Shown one piece after another: positions 57,155 through 64,000 of a stretch of 64,000 bases of DNA (within the stretch, counting starts at the first letter, position 1; the number at the start of each line of letters is the position of its first letter). The stretch is from Bacillota bacterium (GTDB lineage Bacteria; Bacillota; Ch66; Ch109). Under the pieces are notes generated by a model, which made no database searches, had not been told where the DNA came from, and saw only the letters and a program-made list of their open reading frames with translations. Both the position numbers and the translations under genes were made by a program. The stretch is taken from assembly GCA_050952625.1 (NCBI GenBank), contig JBMNLH010000001.1, forward strand, positions 1,280,001 to 1,344,000. The letters are read 5' to 3'.

Positions 57155-58219
57155 CTAACAAGCCCAATTATAAAACCATTCCAGACACTGTTCCCGAGCA
57201 CTTTGAAGGTTAATTTCTTTCTGCAGGGCAAAGGTAAAGGTTTTTTCAGACAATCCCGAACCGTTCTGATAGTACGCCTGAATATAGGAACAACTTGGAT
57301 AGGGAAACCACAGTTGAGCCAGTAAAATCTTTCGTTCTGCCGGTTCTAAAGGCCAAACCGCCTCATAAGTTTCGAGGACTTCTTGACCAACGGCTAGATC
57401 CCAATCATAAAGACATAAAACCCTTTGCAAATATCTCCCTAATTCATATATACGCAAATCAAATATACAGTTTTCGAAACCAAATACATACAGCTTACCC
57501 TGTCGGGTCAGCGTCAGGTTGACTTCGCGATAAGAATTATGACAAACAAAAGGCTGCTTTAACAAGCCGGCAATTAACGAATCATATTCACTATTTAGCA
57601 AGAGAGACAAGGCATACTCTATTTGGTTTAGGATTTGGTTATAAAAATTTAGAAAAACATTATCAAATGCCTTGAACTCTCGATGATTTCCTAACCGTTT
57701 AACCTGGTCAATTATTAGACGATAAACCTGTTGCCACTGTCCTGGCCATTGGCCCCGATTATCCCGACCGGATACATGCCCCGAAGGCAAATAACCTTTC
57801 AAATGATAATGAAGCTGGGCTAAAGTCGTTGTCGCGCAAACTAAGTGACTTCTATTTAGTAGATTAGGGTTGATCCCCTCTACCCAATCACACAAAAATA
57901 AAAAAGCCTTATCCCTGGAAACCCAAGCCCATCCATCAATGGTCCTGATAAATCTAGGAATTGTTTTAAAACCGTTTTGCCCTAGATGATCCAGTAAAGT
58001 CTGAACGAATATAAGTTGCTCTGGCTTCCAATAAACTCGGTTCAGTTGTTTAAAGCCACGTTCTGTTAACAATTTCCAGCGGTTACTGTCAATTTGCTCT
58101 ATTGCTTCTACTTTTAAACCCCAGGGGACTAGCCAGTCCTGATTTAAGTTGTTTTGCTCCCAGTCTAATAGCTGAGTCGGTTTCCCTTTTTTCTTATCTC
58201 GCTTCCCCAAAATAGGCAC
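57155..58219 (-). CDS. CotS/YsxE/YutH-like spore coat protein
   Basis: Kinase-like fold, VCHNSY, YEAVWPL…LWFP. Confidence 0.8.
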   Translation of the reverse strand: MPILGKRDKKKGKPTQLLDWEQNNLNQDWLVPWGLKVEAIEQIDSNRWKLLTERGFKQLNRVYWKPEQLIFVQTLLDHLGQNGFKTIPRFIRTIDGWAWVSRDKAFLFLCDWVEGINPNLLNRSHLVCATTTLAQLHYHLKGYLPSGHVSGRDNRGQWPGQWQQVYRLIIDQVKRLGNHREFKAFDNVFLNFYNQILNQIEYALSLLLNSEYDSLIAGLLKQPFVCHNSYREVNLTLTRQGKLYVFGFENCIFDLRIYELGRYLQRVLCLYDWDLAVGQEVLETYEAVWPLEPAERKILLAQLWFPYPSCSYIQAYYQNGSGLSEKTFTFALQKEINLQSAREQCLEWFYNWAC

Positions 58220-58363
58220 CTCCTCGATGGGTCACTATAGATCAGTGCCTGAACTTACTTCATGATTATATTTATGGCAAATTTATAAATTAATGTCACA
58301 AAAGTGCCTAACACTTCTGTTATCTGAAAAAGAAAAACCGGCCTAGCCGGTTTTGCAGGACTT

Positions 58364-58473
58364 AAGTGAACTTGTTCAGCTTCGCTGAAAAACGGGGCTT
58401 GAGATGAAGACTTTGCCCCACCTGAAGTTTTATACAGGATACCCTACTTATAAAAGTAGGAGTCTTTTAATTC
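58364..58473. repeat. Dispersed repeat copy 2
   Basis: Similar to 23648-23759. Confidence 0.75.
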
Positions 58474-58496
58474 AATTGAATAGGGAGGTGAAAATT

Positions 58497-58655
58497 GTGC
58501 ACCGAAAAATAATCATGCAAATTCAGCGACACCTTCAACTGTTAATCTTGATTGTAACCTTGGTTACTTTTTTAAAAGCCCTCATTTTTCCAAACTCTTT
58601 AGATGTCTTTATTCTTCTGCTGCTGGTCCTGATCCTCCTTGGAATAATGCGCTAA
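58497..58655 (+). CDS. Small 2-TM membrane protein
   Basis: SD agggaggt then GTG 58497; two hydrophobic segments. Confidence 0.55.
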   Translation: MHRKIIMQIQRHLQLLILIVTLVTFLKALIFPNSLDVFILLLLVLILLGIMR

Positions 58656-58677
58656 ATCTATCATTATCCGCCGTCAT

Positions 58678-60453
58678 TTACGAAGTAACCCCTGAACTAG
58701 TTTCCGAATTCGTCCCTAAATTTAGATTGTCTTCAGGAGCTTTCTCTGGTGTCGTTTCTGGAGTTACCTCAGATTGTATTCCCGGGTCTGTTGTTTCTGG
58801 GTCAGCTCCCGGTTCTGTTTCTGGGTCGACTCCCGGTTTTGTCTCTGGATCAGCTCCGGGTTTTGTTTCTGAATCAGTTCCGGGTTCTGTTTCTGGATCA
58901 GCTCCGGGTTCTGTTTCTGGATCAGCTCCGGGTTTTGTTTCTGAATCAGTTCCGGGTTCTGTTTCTGAATCAGCTCCGGGTTTTGTTTCAGCTTGTGGGT
59001 CAGTTCCCGGCTCTATTCCAGGCGGATTCTGCTGGACTGGGCTACTGGGTTCTTCCCCTTCTTTTTTGGTCCCAACTTGGACAATTCGAGCGACTGGATT
59101 ATAGACATCCGTAGATATTAATTCATTACGCACTACTTTCCCTTGTTCCTTTACTGTTCGGTATACCTGAACTCTTAGCCCGGCTGTCCCGGCCTGCTCA
59201 ATAACTTCTTCCCCTTCAGGCAGTTCCGGATTGGGCTTTTTGATCACCCCGGGTTCAATAAAGCTTATTACTTTATGGGTAAGACTAACGTCCTTACGAA
59301 ACTGCTTATCCCCAAATATTTGAATAGTTAAGGTATTTCCTTGAACTTTGGTCTGAAGTAAGAGGTCCCCCTCAGTAGGATTAGAAAAACGAAGGTTTTT
59401 ACCCCCATAAGTAACGGTAGCATCACGACCAGGGGGAACATAATCAACGGGTAAGGAATGATTGCTCCGTTCAACTACCGGAAGATCAGCGAGAAGAACT
59501 GCATTATACAGGGTTGATGATACCTGACATACCCCGCCACCCAAACCGGGAACAAACTCATTTTTTACAATGATCAGGGCTTCTTTGTAGCCAGCCTCTT
59601 CACTCCGTGGTCCTACTACTTGATTAAACGAAAATATTTCACCAGGTTTAATTCGCTGATGATTTAGAGCCTCAGCCGCTACCTTTACGTTATACGTCCG
59701 GTTAATATTTGAGGCATTAAACTTGGTGGAATAACTTGAAAGCAAACCGTTAATCCGCCAGCTTTGCACATCAGCCTCGGTTATTTCAGCCGGCATATCG
59801 ACTTTCGTCAGCCTAACCGTCCAGGTTTGGTCAAGCGGCTCTTTAACTCCCTTCTCCAGGATTGACTTTATTTCTTGAGCAGCGGCTTGGCTATCGACTT
59901 TTGATCCTGGTTGATCATGGGTAATTATTAACTCATCCCGTTCGTTTATTGTTAAAGCAGCATTAACGGGCCCGGTGGTTAATTCACGAGTACGTTCCGC
60001 TATAATCGAAGCGATCCGGGCTACATCTATCCGATAATGAAGAGTAATTTGTCGGCCTTCTTCTTTAACGTTCGTGTACTCCTGAAACCGTTCCCATGGA
60101 TTACCCTGATGACCCACCATCGCGGCTTCATCGATTGCCTTTTCTAAGTCTAACTCTACGCCAAGGTCAGCAAGGGTCATCTCCCATCTTCGATCGCCAT
60201 AGCTTAAACTAATAACTTGAGATAACGCCTTATCAGACCAGACCTTAATCTTCTTCAGGGCCTCTTCTTTATTCATCCCTCCAACATAAACTGGACCAAC
60301 ACTAACCCCTTCAACAATCTCAAGAAAGGGCGCAGACAGGTAATTAAAATAACCAGAGGCATAACCGGTAGCAGTTCCTAATAAAACAATTACCACTAGA
60401 GTAATAATTAATAAGTGCTTTCTTGATCCAGACATGCCTCTAGCCCCTCCCAT
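58678..60453 (-). CDS. VanW family protein with PG-binding and G5 domains
   Basis: GGGVCQVSSTLYN, PGRDATV, G5 VQVGTK. Confidence 0.9.
   Translation of the reverse strand: MGGARGMSGSRKHLLIITLVVIVLLGTATGYASGYFNYLSAPFLEIVEGVSVGPVYVGGMNKEEALKKIKVWSDKALSQVISLSYGDRRWEMTLADLGVELDLEKAIDEAAMVGHQGNPWERFQEYTNVKEEGRQITLHYRIDVARIASIIAERTRELTTGPVNAALTINERDELIITHDQPGSKVDSQAAAQEIKSILEKGVKEPLDQTWTVRLTKVDMPAEITEADVQSWRINGLLSSYSTKFNASNINRTYNVKVAAEALNHQRIKPGEIFSFNQVVGPRSEEAGYKEALIIVKNEFVPGLGGGVCQVSSTLYNAVLLADLPVVERSNHSLPVDYVPPGRDATVTYGGKNLRFSNPTEGDLLLQTKVQGNTLTIQIFGDKQFRKDVSLTHKVISFIEPGVIKKPNPELPEGEEVIEQAGTAGLRVQVYRTVKEQGKVVRNELISTDVYNPVARIVQVGTKKEGEEPSSPVQQNPPGIEPGTDPQAETKPGADSETEPGTDSETKPGADPETEPGADPETEPGTDSETKPGADPETKPGVDPETEPGADPETTDPGIQSEVTPETTPEKAPEDNLNLGTNSETSSGVTS
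58790..59010 (-). repeat. 24-bp coding tandem repeat (PG[AT]D[PS]ET[EK])
   Basis: About nine 8-aa units in the VanW C-terminal tail. Confidence 0.85.
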
Positions 60454-60642
60454 CGCGAGATAACTTATTAATTAGACTTACATTAATATAGAAAGTATAT
60501 ACCTTAGCAATAGACACTAAAGTTAACGTTAAAGTTCCACAATCAAGATTAATATCAAGTAAAACAAAGCACTCTTCCTTATCTGGTAAGAGTGCCTTTT
60601 TCAGCCCGAAAACGGTCAAATACGGCAAAAAAACTTATCCCA

Positions 60643-61122
60643 CTATTTATCACATTCTGAATGGGCACAACCTCTGCTTTCTCTCCAGCATTCCTCATGA
60701 TGCAAGGTCTTACAACTGGGGCAAGAAACCGCTTTGCCTCCTGGCTTAAGCGGAGTACGACAATAAGGACAATTAGTATTGGCTATTTCTTCCGTGACTG
60801 TTACTGGAACAATCTTTTGTAATTCTTCCTCGGCTAATTCTATGTTTCCCTCATCCTTGTCTACCTCTTCCCAAGCATCAGCCACCTGTTCCCATTCTTC
60901 GTCATCTTCAATCTCATAGAAAACCTCGTTACCTTCCTCATCTTCACCTATTTTTAAGATAATAACTTCACTTTCTTCTTCGTCATCCTCTTCGGCTGGT
61001 AGCAGGACCGCGTACCGACCTTCACCCACCTCAATTGTATCAATGAGATAAAACTCGTGTTCTCCGCCATCATCGTCAACAAGAACTACTAATTCTTCTT
61101 CCTCTATAATTCGGTCAACCAT
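60643..61122 (-). CDS. DUF1292 protein with C-terminal Cys/His zinc finger
   Basis: Acidic YrzB-like domain plus CPYC…CPSC..HHEECW…C…C. Confidence 0.85.
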   Translation of the reverse strand: MVDRIIEEEELVVLVDDDGGEHEFYLIDTIEVGEGRYAVLLPAEEDDEEESEVIILKIGEDEEGNEVFYEIEDDEEWEQVADAWEEVDKDEGNIELAEEELQKIVPVTVTEEIANTNCPYCRTPLKPGGKAVSCPSCKTLHHEECWRESRGCAHSECDK

Positions 61123-61219
61123 AAACTCACCTCATTTGCTAAATTATTAGCATTGTATACCAGTCGAATAGAGCATGTCAACCTGAGTCATACCTGATAT
61201 TGCCTGAAGCTTTATCTGA

Positions 61220-61325
61220 GTTCAAAAGGGCACCGGCTTGGATAAGCGGGAGTTACCTGGTTCAGACCTCAAGTGGAGTAGAGTCTCCACCTGAATCCTC
61301 GGTGTTCAGCGAAGCTGGACGAGCT
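61220..61325. repeat. Dispersed repeat copy 4 (inverted, overlaps ruvX 3' end)
   Basis: GGAGTAGAGTCTCCACCTGAA…TGTTCAGCGAAGCTG is the reverse complement of the repeat. Confidence 0.65.
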
Positions 61326-61753
61326 GATTGACGTTTCTGGGCATATAGCCAGTCAAGATAACTCTGGAGTATTATGGTTGCCGCCATTTTATCGATAACT
61401 TTTTTCCGTTTACGTCGTGATACATCACCGGACAACAATAGTTTTTCTGCTTCCACAGTCGTCAAACGTTCATCCCAAAGGATCACTTCTATTTCTAGTT
61501 CTTTAGTTAAAAAGTCGGCAAAATCTTGAACACTAGCTGCTGCCGGCCCCAGACTGCCATTAAGGTTTTTCGGTAAACCCAGAATAATTCGATCAACTTC
61601 GTACTGCTGAATCAATCGTTTGATTTCATTCAGATCATCAATTGGTTCCTTACTTCGGTGCCAAGTAGTTAAACCCTGAGCGGTTAAACCCATTGGATCG
61701 CTTACTGCGATTCCGATAGTTCGGGATCCATAATCAAGTCCCAGCGTGCGCAT
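61262..61753 (-). CDS. ruvX: YqgF/RuvX nuclease
   Basis: LGLDYG..TIGIAVSD, WDERLTT, IDKMAA..ILQ. Confidence 0.93.
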   Translation of the reverse strand: MRTLGLDYGSRTIGIAVSDPMGLTAQGLTTWHRSKEPIDDLNEIKRLIQQYEVDRIILGLPKNLNGSLGPAAASVQDFADFLTKELEIEVILWDERLTTVEAEKLLLSGDVSRRKRKKVIDKMAATIILQSYLDWLYAQKRQSARPASLNTEDSGGDSTPLEV

Positions 61754-61765
61754 ATATACCTCTTT

Positions 61766-62763
61766 CTATACTATTTTAATGCAAAATTCTGGACAACTGG
61801 CTCCGCAATAACCACATAAAAGGCACTTATTGACGTTAACCCGCACTTTTCGTGCCACCATCTGTTCTTCTAATTGGGTTAATTGTGTGGGCAAAGGAAC
61901 GTCTAACAAACTCAAGGCATTTTGAGGACAGGAATCAACACACCGACCACAACCCTGGCACCAGTCATCAATATGGAGGCGACGTTTTTGCTTGCTCAGG
62001 GCGATCTCCGCCAGCGGATCTGGTTGCCTTCCTTCGGCTAAGGCAACGTTGACTTCAACCTCCAAATTAGATTTCATGCCGACCGCTACAGCATGTAACT
62101 CTGGCAGACTTAAAGCGTATCGCAGTGCTTCTCCAGCTCGCGCCATCAAGTTTCCGCCACCAATTGGCTTCATCCCATAAATACCTTTGCCTTTTTGATG
62201 AGCCAAGCGAATCGCTTCCAGCATCTCCTCCTTGGTCCCGTCAAGAATCCCAATACCCGCCAGATTGATTAAAGGATGAATAACCTCAACCTCTGGCATC
62301 TCTCCCGCTGCTCGTACCGCTGCCACCGCATGAGTTGAAATACCGACGGCTCTCACTAAACCTTTTACCTTTGCTTCGAGAAGGTATTCTAAAGCTGGAC
62401 GATGCCCTTGAAGAGTCAAGGCACTTTCTTGTTCATGGAGAAGGAAGATATCAACCACATCCCGGCCAAGTTCCCGCCGGGCCTTCTCCAAGCTTTCCTG
62501 CATCCCTTCTGCTGTGTAAGCATATGATTTTGAGGCAACTACGACCTCACCGGAAAAGCCACGTAAAGCTTCTCTGATGTAGGGGTAAGTTCCATAAAGT
62601 TCTGCCGTGTCAATAAAATTTACTCCTAATTCTAAAGCCCGTCTGATTACTGCGGCCCCCCTGGGGTATCGGCAAACAAGCCTGTAAAGGACCAATGGTT
62701 AGAGCACCGAAACATAATTTGGAGACCTTCAAGTTCGTGTTGCCCAGCCGGTTGTATTCCATT
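61766..62763 (-). CDS. Aldo/keto reductase with C-terminal 4Fe-4S dicluster (frameshift near 62670)
   Basis: LGNTNLKVSKLCFG, FIDTAELY, two CxxCxxCxxxCP motifs. Confidence 0.88.
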
Positions 62764-62910
62764 TCCGTACTCCTATGCTGCTGCTTGCATGTATTATATT
62801 CTGATAGAAAGACCTCATCGACATAAGGTCGTGAGGTCATCTATGCCAAGTTAGCATAATTACTGAATTTCATCACCATTGCCTAGTCCTCTGAGCTTTA
62901 ACTTGGATGT

Positions 62911-63192
62911 CTAATCCTCCACCTGATCCGCCACGTGGTTAACCAGATAACTACGCAACAATTCCTCTAATAGTTCATCCCGTTCCAACTTACGAATCAA
63001 GGTCCGAGCATTACCATGGCTGGTAATATAGGCTGGATCTCCAGATAGTAAAAACCCAACCAGCTGATTAATCGGGTTGTACCCTTTCTCCCGGAGAGCG
63101 AAAAAAACGTGCTGTAATATCTCCCTCGCACTCTCTACGTCCTCAGACTTTACTTTAAAGGTCATAGTCTCCTGCTGGGTGTCACGCGACAT
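62911..63192 (-). CDS. IreB/ReoM (DUF965) regulatory phosphoprotein
   Basis: [24 protein letters not shown]. Confidence 0.93.
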   Translation of the reverse strand: MSRDTQQETMTFKVKSEDVESAREILQHVFFALREKGYNPINQLVGFLLSGDPAYITSHGNARTLIRKLERDELLEELLRSYLVNHVADQVED

Positions 63193-63291
63193 TCTATCTC
63201 ACCCCCCGTTTGGTTTATTCCTTAATTTATCATATTCGCTGTAAATAGGCCGGTTCCTCCAAGTTACTCCTAAAAATTTAAAGGAGATACC

Positions 63292-63403
63292 AAGTGAATC
63301 ATTCAGCTTCGCTAAACATCAACGCTTCAGATGCAAGCCCTACTTTACCTGAAGTTTTTAAAATAAGGTACCCCCATTTATAGAAGCAGGAGGCTTTTGG
63401 ATC
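63292..63403. repeat. Dispersed repeat copy 3
   Basis: Similar to 23648-23759. Confidence 0.75.
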
Positions 63404-63442
63404 CAAATTGAAAATGGTCCTTAATAGTCAGCAGCCTCTCGC

Positions 63443-64000
63443 TTAATTAAGTGGTTTAATCATCTGCTTAACGACCTTGATTCCGTGTTCAAGAGCTTCG
63501 TTCAAGCGAGAAGGATCTTTGCCGCCAGCTTGAGCCATATCGGGTCGGCCGCCGCCGCCTCCTCCGGTAATTGAGGCTACTTCTTTAATGATTTTTCCGG
63601 CATGCAGGCCTCGTCCCAGTAGATCCTTAGTCACCATGGCCACAAAGCCAACTCGTTCAGCCCAAGCACTACCTAGAATAACTACTCCTGAACCTAACTT
63701 ATCCCGGATAAGATCAGCCATTTCGCGCAAAGACTCGGCATCTCCGCTCCCGACCGCGGTGGCCAGCACCTTTATTGTCTGGACTTCCTGAACCCGCTCC
63801 AATAGCTGCTCAACTTCATAATGCGCTAATCGCCCCTGTAAAACTCCGATCTCTTTTTCCCGCTCCCGCAAAGCTTGTTGCAATGCCTCTACCCGTCGAG
63901 CTACCTCCACTGGCGGAGCCTTAATAACTGCCGCCACGTTTTGTAAAACATCTAGCCTTTCATTAAAGTATTGATAAGCACCGGCCCCGGTTACCGCTTC
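63443..64000 (-). CDS. alaS: Alanine-tRNA ligase C-terminal part
   Basis: GGGGGGRPDMAQAGG DHHA1 motif; runs off the window. Confidence 0.93.
   Translation of the reverse strand, partial: EAVTGAGAYQYFNERLDVLQNVAAVIKAPPVEVARRVEALQQALREREKEIGVLQGRLAHYEVEQLLERVQEVQTIKVLATAVGSGDAESLREMADLIRDKLGSGVVILGSAWAERVGFVAMVTKDLLGRGLHAGKIIKEVASITGGGGGGRPDMAQAGGKDPSRLNEALEHGIKVVKQMIKPLN

Noticed and set aside
58790-59010. 24-bp repeats as a CRISPR array
   Set aside because: No unique spacers; in-frame coding repeat of the VanW tail; no cas genes
23500-62700. Many frameshifts in backbone genes (hlyD, ABC, cobB, GGDEF, ectB, hydrogenase small subunit, aldo/keto reductase) as programmed frameshifting or mass pseudogenisation
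   Set aside because: Single-base indels, often at homopolymers, in otherwise conserved genes; best explained as long-read sequencing errors

Overview
Window from a spore-forming, probably anaerobic Firmicute (Clostridia/Peptococcales-like, judged from gene content). 1-20 kb is an AT-rich, IS-riddled accessory island. It holds an ECF sigma factor, remnants of DUF4367/DUF4179-type anti-sigma proteins, and several small secreted proteins. Six copies of one ECF-type promoter (AACC-N16/17-(G/A/C)TCT) precede these genes, and two are followed by a conserved ~120-nt structured leader. The island has two IS110 elements, an IS66, an IS21 and IS5/IS4/IS3 relics. The second IS110 (10595-13173) inserted into a Shine-Dalgarno sequence. 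Its ~1-kb non-coding end appears to carry two tandem bridge-RNA units with different SD-like target guides, which is the top finding. The island abuts a 5'-truncated, internally deleted 23S rRNA gene (with an extra hairpin insertion) and a 5S gene. 22-64 kb is chromosomal backbone: aminopeptidase, split transketolase, ABC efflux, sirtuin, PAS-GGDEF, ectABC, a Tat-less [NiFe]-hydrogenase, and a spore-coat block (cotS x4, cotE x2, cotSA, spoVID-like) inserted in the alaS-ireB-ruvX-DUF1292...mltG-U32 cluster. Many backbone frameshifts are probably sequencing errors. All calls are by eye; no database searches were run.
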